DNA of 64,000 bases from Candidatus Eiseniibacteriota bacterium. GTDB lineage: Bacteria > Eisenbacteria > RBG-16-71-46. The stretch lies in the NCBI GenBank assembly GCA_963717935.1, contig CAVQXP010000001.1, positions 181,714-245,713 of the forward strand. Reading direction: 5' to 3'. Under the pieces are notes generated by a model. The model was not told the origin of the DNA and ran no database searches. It worked only from the letters and a program-made list of their open reading frames with translations. This document shows, in pieces, positions 42,412 through 52,865 of this stretch. A program made the position numbers and the translations under genes. How positions within the stretch are numbered: position 1 is the first letter of the stretch; each line of letters opens with the position of its first letter.

Positions 42412-43146
42412 ATGATATCACGAAGAAATTTCTTAAAGATTGCAGGATTAACTTCAGTTGCACTTGGCGCTGGCTATACAACTGGAAAACTAGCCGGAAA
42501 TTCAAAATCAGTTTATTATGCCGTGCATGGATTTATCCCTGCGGATGAACAAGTTATAAGTAATCTTGTTACTGCATTTAAGAACAAAGTAAAAAGTAAT
42601 TCTGAACCGGTTGTTTTTGCTGATTCAAAAATCGGAGAAGTAATACGCCGGCTTGATATGCAAACAAAAAACAATTTGTTTTCAAATAGCGGCTCTATCA
42701 CTTATAGAATTAAAAGATTAGACAAACAAGCAGATTCAGATATAATTGTAAGTGATGGAAACAACTCAATCTATTCTTTAGCTGATTTGAATTCTTCTTT
42801 ATCAAATCTTAGAATGACCTTAAAAAACAAAAAAGCAGAATATTTCTTTACTGCCGAATACAGCGAAATAGATTTTCTTTCTTCCGTTTTTAAAGCCAAC
42901 AAAAAAGAAGTTGTGATTGAAAATGAAAAAGGTCTGGTTGAAAGAATTTCTCTGGATAAAAATTATAAAAATATTTGGATTGATGGCCCCAATGGTAAAA
43001 CAGTCTTACAGATAGAAAACGGATTAGCACAAGTGCATACATCAACTTGCAGACATGGAATTTGCAAACATTCTATTGCAAGCGGTGTAGGAAATATAAT
43101 TGCTTGTGCGCCAAATAAAGTTTTGGTAAAAATAGAACTGGCATAG
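42412..43146 (+). CDS. Tat-exported protein with C-terminal NusG domain II (Lin0431-like)
   Basis: Twin-arginine signal SRRNFLK; C-terminal I.IENG......STCRHGIC..IIACAPNKVLVKI. Confidence 0.75.
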   Translation: MISRRNFLKIAGLTSVALGAGYTTGKLAGNSKSVYYAVHGFIPADEQVISNLVTAFKNKVKSNSEPVVFADSKIGEVIRRLDMQTKNNLFSNSGSITYRIKRLDKQADSDIIVSDGNNSIYSLADLNSSLSNLRMTLKNKKAEYFFTAEYSEIDFLSSVFKANKKEVVIENEKGLVERISLDKNYKNIWIDGPNGKTVLQIENGLAQVHTSTCRHGICKHSIASGVGNIIACAPNKVLVKIELA

Positions 43147-43147
43147 T

Positions 43148-44140
43148 TTGAAAAATGCAATTGCATATGGTGCTCTGGTAATTGTTCTTTTTCTTATTGG
43201 TTTTTTTGCTGCGAGAAATAGTGTTAAAGAATTAAAAATAATTAAGCGCACGCAAATCATTCTAGGAACAGTTGTGGATATCCAGGTGCGTGATGCAGAT
43301 GAAAAAAAATCTGAAGAGGCAATTAAGAAAGCTTTTGCAGAAGTTAAACGTATTGATGATTTGTTCACTACTTACAATGAAGAAAGTCCTGTTTGGAAAA
43401 TAAATAAAAACATCGATACACAAATAGTAGTTGTCGATCCTGAAATTTATGGTTTAATTGTTCTTTGTGATTCTATCACAAAAATTTCTAATGGATGCTT
43501 AGATATAGGTTTAGACAATCTAACTCATGCGTGGGGATTTTATACCGATGATCAAAATCTTCCATCCAAAGAAACTATTGATTTGGCTCTATTAATAAGT
43601 GGCTGGAAAAATATAAAGCTGCTCGGCAAAAATAAAATTTTAAAAAAATCAAATGTCGGATTAAACTTTGGTGCCATTGCAAAGGGTTACGCTGTTGATA
43701 AAGCCTTGGATGTTTTAAAAAAATCCGGAATTAAAGAAGCGCTGGTAAATGCAGGTGGAGAAATCAGTGCGATTGGCTATGATTGGATAGTTGGCATTCA
43801 GCATCCGCGCGAAACTAATTCAATTATAAAAACAATTAAATTGAACGACTATACTGTTGCAACATCTGGAGATTATGAACAGTATTTTGAAATTGATGGA
43901 AAACGTTATCATCACATACTCGATCCTAAAACAGGTTATCCCTCAAGTGGCTTGCAAAGTGTTACGATAATACATAAAGAAAATACAATTGCAGATGCAC
44001 TTGCAACAGCAGTTTTTGTGATGGGAAAAGATGAGGGAATGAAGTTAATAGAAAATTTAAATGATACGGAAGTAATGATAATCGATGATAAAGGAAAGAT
44101 CTTTTATTCATCAGGATTTAAAAAGTTTTTAGTAGAATAA
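43148..44140 (+). CDS. apbE: FAD:protein FMN transferase
   Basis: GAIAKGYAVD, NAGGE, ATSGDYEQY, HHILDPKTGYP, ADALATA. Confidence 0.95.
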   Translation: MKNAIAYGALVIVLFLIGFFAARNSVKELKIIKRTQIILGTVVDIQVRDADEKKSEEAIKKAFAEVKRIDDLFTTYNEESPVWKINKNIDTQIVVVDPEIYGLIVLCDSITKISNGCLDIGLDNLTHAWGFYTDDQNLPSKETIDLALLISGWKNIKLLGKNKILKKSNVGLNFGAIAKGYAVDKALDVLKKSGIKEALVNAGGEISAIGYDWIVGIQHPRETNSIIKTIKLNDYTVATSGDYEQYFEIDGKRYHHILDPKTGYPSSGLQSVTIIHKENTIADALATAVFVMGKDEGMKLIENLNDTEVMIIDDKGKIFYSSGFKKFLVE

Positions 44141-44154
44141 AATTTAAAAAGTAA

Positions 44155-44328
44155 AGTCAGAGTTATCTTGCGCGAACCTGCCTGCGGTAGACAGGGTCGA
44201 AAGGTGACGGTCGTCTTCGATAAGCTCAGACTGAAAAAGTTGTATTTTATTCCGTTCGCCGCTGTAACGCAATTGTTTTGGGATATTAAATTAAGATTGT
44301 AAGATGCTGAAACGAGTTCAGCATGACA
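44155..44328. repeat. Degenerate REP-like palindromes with a nested CCTGCCTGCGGTAGACAGG hairpin
   Basis: TCTTCGATAAGCTCAGACTGA and GATGCTGAAACGAGTTCAGCATGACA; related motifs at 45217, 56067 and 61752. Confidence 0.6.
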
Positions 44329-44357
44329 GTAGAGAAAAGAAATTAAAGGAAACTAAA

Positions 44358-45206
44358 ATGGATTTTACATTAATTATTGCCATTGCCACAATGGGCGGAC
44401 TTGGATTTATATTTGCAGGTGCACTCGCAATAGCAGATAAAAAATTACGCGTGGAAGAAAATCCTAAAATTGCAGAAGTAAATGATATTCTTCCAAATGC
44501 AAACTGTGGTGCTTGCGGAAATGCAGGATGCTATGATTTTGCAGTAAAAGTTGTAGCTGGCGAAGCAAAGATTAGTGGCTGCCCTGTAGGCGGGCAGGAT
44601 GTTGTTGATGAAATAGCACGCATACTGGGCATGGAAAGCTCGCAAAGTGTTAAACTTGTAGCTCGTATATTATGCAATGGCGGAACGGCCGAAGCAGTTA
44701 AAAAATCTAACTCTGATTATTCTGGACCTCAAAGCTGCTCTGTCAAAAATATTGTTGCTGGTGGCGATAAAATGTGCTTATATGGCTGTCTTGGCGGCGG
44801 AGAGTGTGTTGACGTTTGTCAATTCGGTGCAATATTTATGAATGAAAACGGATTGCCAACCGTAGTAGAAGAACTTTGCACCGGATGCGGTCAGTGTGTT
44901 GACGCTTGTCCCCGCGGTGTAATTGAAATTCATCCCGAGGACAGAGAATTATTTGTATTCTGTAAAAACCATGACGATCCCAAACGTTCTAAAGAAGTCT
45001 GTAAGGTAGCCTGTATTGGTTGCGGAATTTGTGCACGTAAATCTGATGGCTCCGTTGTAATGAAAGATTTCTTACCGGAGATTGATTATTCAAAATTAGA
45101 TTTATCAAAAATTCCATTAGACAAGTGTTCAACAAATGCAATAAAATTACTACATCCTGAAAAGGCAGCAGAAATATTGAAGGAAGAAAATATTAATGTC
45201 TGTTAA
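44358..45206 (+). CDS. rnfB: Rnf/Rsx electron transport complex subunit B
   Basis: TM anchor, LP.ANCGACG..GC, CPVGG, ferredoxin motifs CTGCGQCVDACP and CIGCGIC. Confidence 0.92.
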   Translation: MDFTLIIAIATMGGLGFIFAGALAIADKKLRVEENPKIAEVNDILPNANCGACGNAGCYDFAVKVVAGEAKISGCPVGGQDVVDEIARILGMESSQSVKLVARILCNGGTAEAVKKSNSDYSGPQSCSVKNIVAGGDKMCLYGCLGGGECVDVCQFGAIFMNENGLPTVVEELCTGCGQCVDACPRGVIEIHPEDRELFVFCKNHDDPKRSKEVCKVACIGCGICARKSDGSVVMKDFLPEIDYSKLDLSKIPLDKCSTNAIKLLHPEKAAEILKEENINVC

Positions 45207-45301
45207 AATTCGATCGTTCATTCCTTCCCGAACGCCTTCAGGAACGGGATCTATTCTATCAAAACAGATCTTGAAAGAAGTTCAGGCTGACGGAAAGATA
45301 A

Positions 45302-45739
45302 ATGCATAACGAAGAATTAATAGAAGACGGAATTGTTAAGGAATCAAAAAATGGAATTGCTACAATTGTAATTTCAAATTTTGATCACTGTGAAGAATGC
45401 ACGGCAAAACTTTATTGCAAACCTGGCAGCGCATTGGAAAGAAGTCTTACTGTTAAAGATCCGTTCGGTGTTAACCCGGGAGATAAAGTCCGCGTGTCTG
45501 TCAATGGAAGCAAAATTCTCTCCGTTACTTTTTTGTTGTATGGGATTCCACTAATCCTTTTACTAGCAGGAATATTTATCGGGCTTCAGATTTTTAGCAG
45601 CAATGCAGAATTTTTTGCAATGCTATTCTCTCTTGGATTGATTTCAATATATGTAGCGGCTTCTTTTATCTATTCAAAAATGAAAAAAAACAAATCGTCT
45701 TCATATCCGGAAATTATATTTGTATACTCCCATCAGTAA
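45302..45739 (+). CDS. rseC: RseC/MucC family protein
   Basis: E.G.V, CEEC....C, GDKV.V, LLYGIPL, two TM helices. Confidence 0.85.
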   Translation: MHNEELIEDGIVKESKNGIATIVISNFDHCEECTAKLYCKPGSALERSLTVKDPFGVNPGDKVRVSVNGSKILSVTFLLYGIPLILLLAGIFIGLQIFSSNAEFFAMLFSLGLISIYVAASFIYSKMKKNKSSSYPEIIFVYSHQ

Positions 45740-45752
45740 TTTCTTATCTTAA

Positions 45753-45987
45753 ATGACTTAAAAAAATTAAAAGGCTAATTGTTGCAATAGTTGGTTTTAC
45801 TGTTTTAGCTATTGGGATTATAATGATAATTTTTCCCGGACCAGCGTTTGTAATGATTCCAATTGGGTTATCAATTCTTGCAACCGAATTTGTCTGGGCA
45901 AAAAAATTACTAGAAAAAGTGAAAAAAGGCGCACAAAAAACTAAAGATAAGTTATTTATTATTGGAATTATTATATGCATAGTATAA
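45753..45987 (+). CDS. PGPGW-family small membrane protein (1-nt indel after start; absent from ORF track)
   Basis: Manual translation KKIKRLIVAIVGFTVLAIGIIMIIFPGPAFVMIPIGLSILATEFVWAKKLLEKVK. Confidence 0.7.
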
Positions 45988-46074
45988 AAAAACACAGTAC
46001 GTCAAGTAAGCATATTTCTTACAAAAAACAATAATCCTTAATATCAGAAGCCAAAATTTTGAGGAATAAAAATC

Positions 46075-46108
46075 AAGGGACTCTGAAATTTTCAGAGTCC
46101 CTTTTTTT
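46075..46108. terminator. Intrinsic terminator
   Basis: AAGGGACTCTGAAA-T-TTTCAGAGTCCCTT followed by a T-run, at the pepF 3' end. Confidence 0.85.
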
Positions 46109-46109
46109 A

Positions 46110-47996
46110 TTAATTTAATTTATTTATTTCTACTTCAAGCTGGCCAACCAAGATGTTAAACTGAGTAATTACTGCTTTAATAGTTTCCGGTTGAGTTAGA
46201 TCAACACCTGCATTTTTAAGTTGTTCCATCGGGTGATTATTACCGCCTGATTTGAGCAAAGCAAGAAAATTTTCCATAGCAGCTTTTTTCTCAACATCAG
46301 TTCCGTCAGTAATGTTGTTATAAATCTGTGCGGAAGAAGCAAAGCATGTCGCGTACTGATAAACATAAAAAGGAGTTCTGTACATGTGAGGAATTCTTGT
46401 CCACACATAGTTTATGAACTCATCTTTTTCTACCGAATCACCATAATATGCATCAAATAGACCGGACATAATTTTAGTTAAAGTTTCAGCTGTGACAGAT
46501 TCACCTTTTTCAATAAGTGTGTGAACCTGTAGTTCATAATCAGCTAAAAGTGTTTGGAAATAGAATGTACCGGTAATTCCCTGAATAGCTTGCTGAAGTA
46601 AATTTATTCTTTCTTTAGGATCAGCAGTTTTAGATAGCATATAGTCGAGTAATAATCTTTCATTAAATGTAGAAGCTACTTCTGCCACAAAGATAGTATA
46701 AGATGCCGTAGCAAAAGGTTGGTTTTCCTGTGAATACAAAGTATGCATGGTATGCCCAAGTTCGTGCCCAAGAGTAAAAACGTTATCAAGGGTTCCATTG
46801 TAGTTCATCAACATATAAGGATGAACTCCATAAACTCCAGCTGAGTATGCACCAGCACGCTTTCCTTTGTTTTCAAAAACATCTATCCATCCGCCTTTAA
46901 GGGCGTTAGTAATTTTTTCTTTATAATCAGAGCCCAATGGTGTAATGGACGCAAGTACCCAATCTTTTGCTTCATCATAAGGATATGTTTTTAAGAAATC
47001 TGTTAAAGGAATAGATCCATCGAAGCTATAATATTTATCAAGCCCAAGTAGTTTCTTACGCAAACGATTATATTTTTGAAGTGGTTTGGTATTATCTTTT
47101 ACTGTATTCACCAGGTTTTCATACACAGCCACGGGAATATTGTTTCCATCCAACTCTGCTGCGAGAGAAGAACTATAACCTCTTGCCCGAGCGCCGGCCC
47201 AGTCGCTTTGACAAACCGCACTGTAAATTGATGCATATGTGTTTTCATTTTTCTTAAAAACACCGTAATGTGCTTCGAAGGTTTTTTGTCTGTCTTCCTG
47301 ATTATGGTTGGTAGCAAGCACAAGACCATAATTTCCGTATGTAGTACTTATTGAATCTCCATTTGAAAGGGCAACAACGGGGAAATCTATATCAGCCGTT
47401 GTAAGATTCGAATAAATATCACTGGGAGAAGCATTGACTCTTGAAAAATATGAAAGAAGTTCTTCTTTGTCTGCAGTAAGTACGTGTGTCTGCTGCCTGT
47501 AAAGTTCCTCAATCCCGAATCGATAAGGCTCGAAAGATGGATTCTCATCAAGCCATTTCTTCATTGTATACCATGGAATTTCCAGAATTTCTGGATTTAT
47601 CCAGGAAGTTGCCACATTAAATTCTGCAAACATAGCCTGTACTTTTTGCAAGTTAGCACCCATTTGCTGGTTACGTGTATCAAGATCACGCGAAAGCTGA
47701 GGAAATCTGTAGACCTTATAAGACAAAATTCCAAGCTCGTCATTTAGCTGCTGAACTTTTAATAAATTTTCAGGGCTTTCTTTAAGCTTCCCTTTAAATG
47801 TAACGATCTTATCCATTTTGCTTTTCAAATTTGTCAAATCATTTTCCCAGTCTGTCCAGCTGGAATATATGTCATCTAAATTCCATTTAAATTCAGTTGG
47901 GATTTCGTCTCTGTTATCATAGACTTTTTGTGCAGAAATATTTCCTGCGAGAATAAACGAAACTGCGAGAAACAAATAATATTTAAGCATATGCAT
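46110..47996 (-). CDS. pepF: Oligoendopeptidase F with signal peptide
   Basis: KWNLDDIY, GKRAGAYS, HELGHTMH, IFVAEVASTFNE, RIPH.Y..FYVYQYA. Confidence 0.93.
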   Translation of the reverse strand: MHMLKYYLFLAVSFILAGNISAQKVYDNRDEIPTEFKWNLDDIYSSWTDWENDLTNLKSKMDKIVTFKGKLKESPENLLKVQQLNDELGILSYKVYRFPQLSRDLDTRNQQMGANLQKVQAMFAEFNVATSWINPEILEIPWYTMKKWLDENPSFEPYRFGIEELYRQQTHVLTADKEELLSYFSRVNASPSDIYSNLTTADIDFPVVALSNGDSISTTYGNYGLVLATNHNQEDRQKTFEAHYGVFKKNENTYASIYSAVCQSDWAGARARGYSSSLAAELDGNNIPVAVYENLVNTVKDNTKPLQKYNRLRKKLLGLDKYYSFDGSIPLTDFLKTYPYDEAKDWVLASITPLGSDYKEKITNALKGGWIDVFENKGKRAGAYSAGVYGVHPYMLMNYNGTLDNVFTLGHELGHTMHTLYSQENQPFATASYTIFVAEVASTFNERLLLDYMLSKTADPKERINLLQQAIQGITGTFYFQTLLADYELQVHTLIEKGESVTAETLTKIMSGLFDAYYGDSVEKDEFINYVWTRIPHMYRTPFYVYQYATCFASSAQIYNNITDGTDVEKKAAMENFLALLKSGGNNHPMEQLKNAGVDLTQPETIKAVITQFNILVGQLEVEINKLN

Positions 47997-48301
47997 CCTT
48001 TTGATTTTTATTGATTGTTATAGTACTAATTTACAGACTCCTTATTAGCATAAAAAGATATTAAGAAAATCTTCGAAAATATTTTTTAATATTTATTTTC
48101 TCTTAGACAACAACTATATGAGTGAAACCCCATTAAACGTTGGAATAAATTAAAACCATTGATGTATAATAAACGATTAGCATTGTTAGAATTTAGTCAA
48201 CAATACATTTTGTTTTACACTTAATTTTATAAGAATAATAAGTCATCTCAAAATTTTTTTGACCAACGGTGAGATAGACAAATAGATGGGTGAGAAATAA
48301 T

Positions 48302-49246
48302 TTAAGAGACCTTTTGCGGCGCGGAAGTTTTAATTCCACTTACTTTTAGAATACTAACAATTAGTAAAATGGCGCCAACCCACCGGATTGGGCTAAGAAT
48401 ATTATCGTGAACAAAATATTCTAATGCCACCGCGACTAATGGAAAAGCCAACTCACATATAGTAGCTACCGAAGCGCTAATATTTTTCAGGCCATAGTAG
48501 TAAAGAAAAATTGCCGGACCGCCTGTAGTGAAGGCTATTAATAAAAATATCCAAATCTGATCATTGGTGATTTGTGAAATTGATGCTATTGTTCCGGAGG
48601 ATAACACAATAATAATCATAATTAAAGATGTTATTGAAAAACGAAGATAGGTTCCAAGTTCATAGCTTACATTTCTTAGTGCCCGCTTGCTTAAAACCGT
48701 AGATGAACCGAAACTGGCTGCTGCTAAAAGAGCAAATAATGCGGCAAGGGTTGTTTTATCACCGGGATCAAGATTTGGCAGATGTAATCCGAAAGTCATC
48801 AAATAGGCACTAAACGTAGCAATGCCAGCCCACAGAAAAAATTCTTTTTTTAATTTTTCTTTCAGAATAATCCCAGCAAGGGCAATGGCAAAAATAGGCT
48901 GCATTTTCTGGATGAACACAACGATGGAAAGGTTTATATAATCAACATAGAACAAAGCCTTTGTAATAGCCATAGTACCAATAGCTCCACCAAATAACGC
49001 CACACCAATAAAAGCTAACCAGTCTTTTGGTTTTAAAGTTCTAATAACGGAAAAATACTTTCTAAAAAATGGAGTTAGAATTAATGCAACGATAGAACTT
49101 TCCACAAAGACAACAAGTGTTACAGGTAAGCTATATAAAGAAGGCCGCAGTACTATTCCATCAACAGCCCAAAGCGATGCTGCGATTATTACAAATACCG
49201 GTGAAAATAATTTTAAACCATGTCCTTTTATTTTTTCCTTGCTCAA
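48302..49246 (-). CDS. DMT/EamA family transporter
   Basis: About 10 TM helices, duplicated EamA pattern, QP.F...LA..ILKEK. Confidence 0.88.
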   Translation of the reverse strand: MSKEKIKGHGLKLFSPVFVIIAASLWAVDGIVLRPSLYSLPVTLVVFVESSIVALILTPFFRKYFSVIRTLKPKDWLAFIGVALFGGAIGTMAITKALFYVDYINLSIVVFIQKMQPIFAIALAGIILKEKLKKEFFLWAGIATFSAYLMTFGLHLPNLDPGDKTTLAALFALLAAASFGSSTVLSKRALRNVSYELGTYLRFSITSLIMIIIVLSSGTIASISQITNDQIWIFLLIAFTTGGPAIFLYYYGLKNISASVATICELAFPLVAVALEYFVHDNILSPIRWVGAILLIVSILKVSGIKTSAPQKVS

Positions 49247-49250
49247 TTAC

Positions 49251-49481
49251 TCACTCATTTATTTTTTTTGGATGGAAACACATCCAATTTTATTTTAATA
49301 ATCAGAATGTAGAGCGCAAAAATTATTGTTACCACATTAGCAATCATGATCGGATAAGAGGTTATCATAAATCCATTGTGTTCAAAATGCAGCAAAAACA
49401 TTCAAATATGATTCCAAAATTCTTAGATTAATTGGATGAAACGTAAATTATACAAAATGCTGTAAAATACAATAGATCCAT
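49251..49481 (-). pseudogene. Degraded or mis-sequenced SemiSWEET/PQ-loop-like small transporter
   Basis: Readable C-terminus GFMITSYPIMIANG(V)TIIFALYILIIKIKLD; N-terminal half is broken by indels. Confidence 0.35.
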
Positions 49482-49707
49482 ATTTCTCGATTAATTTGGT
49501 AGAATTATTAGTAAACAACAAAGCCTAATTGATTAAAAATACGGTGAAGCAATCTGGTAAATTTTACCCATTCTAATTGAAACCTTACTTATTTGTCCCC
49601 TCAGCAATTAGAAATTATAACAGAATCACAGCCTCTTAATGGAATAATAATTGCATAATCTCATAAAAATAGGACGGTAAAATTCGGTTTATCTGTAAGA
49701 TTACCGA

Positions 49708-50889
49708 ATGACTTTAATTAAACAATTTGAGGTAGGTTCAGTGGAAGATCAACTCACTAAAGAAAAAATTTCCGGGAAATTAACTGAAGATTTTGATATA
49801 GATCTTGAAAAAACTATTAACAAAACAATTACACCAATTGAATTGCCGAATTGGGATAAAGCAGAAACCTCTTTGCAAAACAAACTGCAATTTGTATTAA
49901 GAAGAGTAAGCCTTTCAAAGTCGCTTCAAGATGATGAAGTTTCTAAATGAATTAATGCATCAAACGAATCCTATGAACTTTCAGCTTTGCGTACATATCT
50001 TCTGTTAAGTTGTGTTAACATGATTGGAGAAATTAGTAATGTTGATACCCCGGTGACATTTTTATCCTGGCTTGATACAAGCAATTCTGTTACAACCAGA
50101 AGCATACGTGAAGAATCAATAAGCAAAGCAATTAATTCTGTTGGTGTTGTAGATGATCAAAAGAAAGCGGTTAAGCTTATAAAGTCTGTTTTTGCACAAT
50201 ACAGATTAACAAATTCAGTAGACTCAAATTACTTTTCTTTTTTTACAGGTGCTCTTGATAGTGGTACGCAAAATTGGATTGGGACAGATTGCTGGATATA
50301 TCAAGATAATCCCCTGGAAAAATGGGCAAATCTTCAGAATGTTAAAGAAGGCTATACTAACATTGCTTCAGCAGAAAATAAAAGATTAACTAATGCACGT
50401 AAACGATGGGATGGGCTAGATTTAAATCAAAAATTATTTGAAGTATCACAATTTCTGGAATTTTTATTTAACCAGTATAATCTTTGCCAAGTTAATTCTC
50501 CTATTAAAATGGACAAAGATCCAGTAGCAAAAGTCTGGAAAGATATTGATGTGGCAGTTGGTGAATATAAAGTTAATTATTTATCCAACTCTTTGTTCAA
50601 TCAAATTGGTGCGGACGGACAAAAATTTAAATTCAACGAGGTAAGGTGCATTTTTAAAGAAGAAGAATTGATTGTATTTGAGGGCGATGTTAGAGAAAAG
50701 GACAGAGAGTTGTGGTTAAAGCGTCTTTCTGAGTGGGTAAAAACAAAAATAGATTCTGAAAATGCAAGTGGAGAAACCATCTTTCTAAGCCCCAAAAATC
50801 AGGCTCTGGTACTCTCCGGTGATAATTTAGCGACCTTACTTGAGAAGTGGATCGATAAGGCAGTAAAAAATATATTAGATAAAAAATAA
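49708..50889 (+). CDS. Hypothetical protein, one reading frame interrupted by a single in-frame TGA at 49948
   Basis: ORFs 49708..49950 and 49987..50889 share a frame, and the codons between them are sense codons. Confidence 0.65.
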
Positions 50890-50914
50890 CTGGGGGAAAC
50901 AGGGGTAAATTGAC

Positions 50915-50955
50915 AAGCAAAAAATCACTGCTGCAAACAGTGGTTTTTTTGTTTT
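50915..50955 (+). terminator. Intrinsic terminator
   Basis: AAAAAATCACTG-CTGCAAA-CAGTGGTTTTTTT. Confidence 0.75.
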
Positions 50956-51383
50956 AAATGAAAATTAACTTTCAGCTAATCTTATAGACAATCTTTTTGT
51001 TGTAGTAAAGTGAGTGTGAAAGACTGTTGATGCTGATTTCGGAATATGAACATCAATTGACGTTTCTTTAAATAAAAACTCGAAGCTTAACTGATTAGGA
51101 TTTTCTTGTGAGAGTTTTTTGGCTTTTTTCTTTTTCATATCTCCGCGTGTTCAGAAAAGAAATTTTAAACAAATCATGATAAATCTGTGGGGGCTAATCT
51201 AAAACTTTTTATCTATAAAAAGAAGGAACATGAAAAATTAATCAACATTAATTTTTACAAACAAAAAATTTTCATCAAAGTTGTAATATCTTTTTACAAA
51301 TATTTTAGAATCACCTTCGATTAACGATCAACAAGAATTGCAAATCAGCGTTAAAAAATATTTTTTTAGAAAATCAATCAAAT

Positions 51384-51749
51384 TTACTTTCCATCGTACT
51401 CAATATTTTTTAAGTAGTGAGAAGGGTCCATATTTCTCAGAAAAACAGGAATTGTTTTAAAAATAATTTCTTCACCCGGTTCAAGTTTATTAATATTAGC
51501 TACAGAAGGTTTTGCATCAATCAAATAAGTAACTATAATATTGTTTAACGTTTCATTACTTATGTTTTTGATTGTTCCTTCATAGCGCGCAAAATCTCTA
51601 GCCTGCAACCCTGGTGCATCAATATTTACGGACTCTCTGTTTTTTACATAGTTTGCTTCAATTGTAACAACTTCCTTCTCCTTAATAAAGTTGTCGTAAG
51701 CAAAATATCCTGCAACTACCAACAAAATAAAAATTACAAACTTTTTCAT
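51384..51749 (-). CDS. Small exported hypothetical protein (FxLYD-like Ig fold, tentative)
   Basis: MKKF plus hydrophobic helix; G.IKN.S...L.NI.V and L.PGE...F pattern. Confidence 0.6.
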   Translation of the reverse strand: MKKFVIFILLVVAGYFAYDNFIKEKEVVTIEANYVKNRESVNIDAPGLQARDFARYEGTIKNISNETLNNIIVTYLIDAKPSVANINKLEPGEEIIFKTIPVFLRNMDPSHYLKNIEYDGK

Positions 51750-52248
51750 AATAACTCCTCTCGATTGATTTATTAAGCTACAGTTGCGAAACACAATAAG
51801 TTTTAAAATGGCCAATCATAACTAAATATGATTAAATGATAAACAGCATGGTGAAATTAGGTATGTTTTTCACAAAAAGTGCACCAGGAATAATCGAAAC
51901 TTATTAGCAGATCTATTTAAAAAAAGCACTATTTCTAAAGACTTCCTTAATGCTCGCTGCAAATTTACTTTTTAGCACTAGAAAATTTTCTGGAGCGGCA
52001 AAAAAGGATTTTATTCAGGCAAAAAATCAATTAGTTATGTAAGTTAATTGTATTTTTGGGCCAATGTCCGGTTATCATATTCTAAAAAATAAGTTATAAA
52101 TAAATGCTCAAAATGTGGCAAGTATCACTATTTGATTCATTACGATTCAATAATTAAAGGCTAATTATAGCCATTTAACTCTATCCCAGTTCTTCAGGAC
52201 CTCTTTTTCGAACAAATTAAGAACAAAACGAATGTGGCCCTTAATTTG

Positions 52249-52257
52249 TGCTATAAT
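52249..52257 (+). promoter_or_regulatory. Extended -10 promoter element
   Basis: Perfect TG-C-TATAAT about 40 bp upstream of the STAS gene. Confidence 0.5.
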
Positions 52258-52296
52258 AAAACAAAACATATTTAATAATAACACTTTGGATATAAA

Positions 52297-52683
52297 ATGA
52301 TGCACGCTATCCCTACACTGGACAATAGAATAAATACTGGTCTTGAAGATTTTATTAGGGAAACCAATGGGGATGTTCTAATTGAAAAGGTAAATTTTTC
52401 AAGAGCTACATTTAAAGAAGCCCAGGAATTCAAAGACAGATTAGTATATGATATTCTTACAAATAACTTAAAGATAATAGTTGATTTAAGCTGTTGTGAG
52501 TATATAGATTCGACATTTCTTGGTGCGTTGGTTGTAGTTCTTAAGAAAATGGCAGAACGTAGCGGCGAAATTAGATATGTAATTCCACAGCCTTCAGCGC
52601 TGTACTTATTTAAGATTACCGGTCTTTACGGTGTTCTGAATTTATATCTTAATAAAACCGAAGCTCTTGAAAATTTTGCATAA
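52297..52683 (+). CDS. STAS-domain anti-sigma-factor antagonist
   Basis: IIVDLS..EYIDSTFLGALV, LFKITGL. Confidence 0.88.
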   Translation: MMHAIPTLDNRINTGLEDFIRETNGDVLIEKVNFSRATFKEAQEFKDRLVYDILTNNLKIIVDLSCCEYIDSTFLGALVVVLKKMAERSGEIRYVIPQPSALYLFKITGLYGVLNLYLNKTEALENFA

Positions 52684-52751
52684 AGAAGTTAATCATTAAA
52701 AAAGGTATTGAGTAATAATTTAATATTTCAGAGTAATACGCGATAGCAGAT

Positions 52752-52865
52752 ATGATGGAAACAATATTTATATCAATAGTATTTATATGGATAGTTATCT
52801 TCGGCTATCTTTTGTGGAAGATTGCTGTAAAAGAAGAGAAGAATGAAATTATGAAATTGTCTTGA
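52752..52865 (+). CDS. 37-aa single-TM small protein
   Basis: MMETIFISIVFIWIVIFGYLLWKIAVKEEKNEIMKLS*, followed by terminator ACCGCAGTTAATGCGGTTTTT near 52899-52920. Confidence 0.5.
   Translation: MMETIFISIVFIWIVIFGYLLWKIAVKEEKNEIMKLS

Noticed and set aside
38864..45739. Apparent molybdenum-nitrogenase-Rnf supercluster (moaB, nifI2, nifD, rnfEA, rnfB)
   Set aside because: Attractive because Rnf can supply electrons to nitrogenase, but the three parts differ sharply in composition and are joined mid-gene, so the adjacency is most likely artefactual
45744..45995. Minus-strand 83-aa ORF
   Set aside because: It is the antisense shadow of the plus-strand PGPGW-family gene
51973..52000. CIRCE-like TTAGCACT half-site
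   Set aside because: The matching GAGTGCTAA half is absent and no chaperone gene is adjacent
52235..52251. Sigma-54 promoter upstream of the STAS gene
   Set aside because: TGGC is followed by GT rather than GC at the -12 position; the overlapping extended -10 fits better
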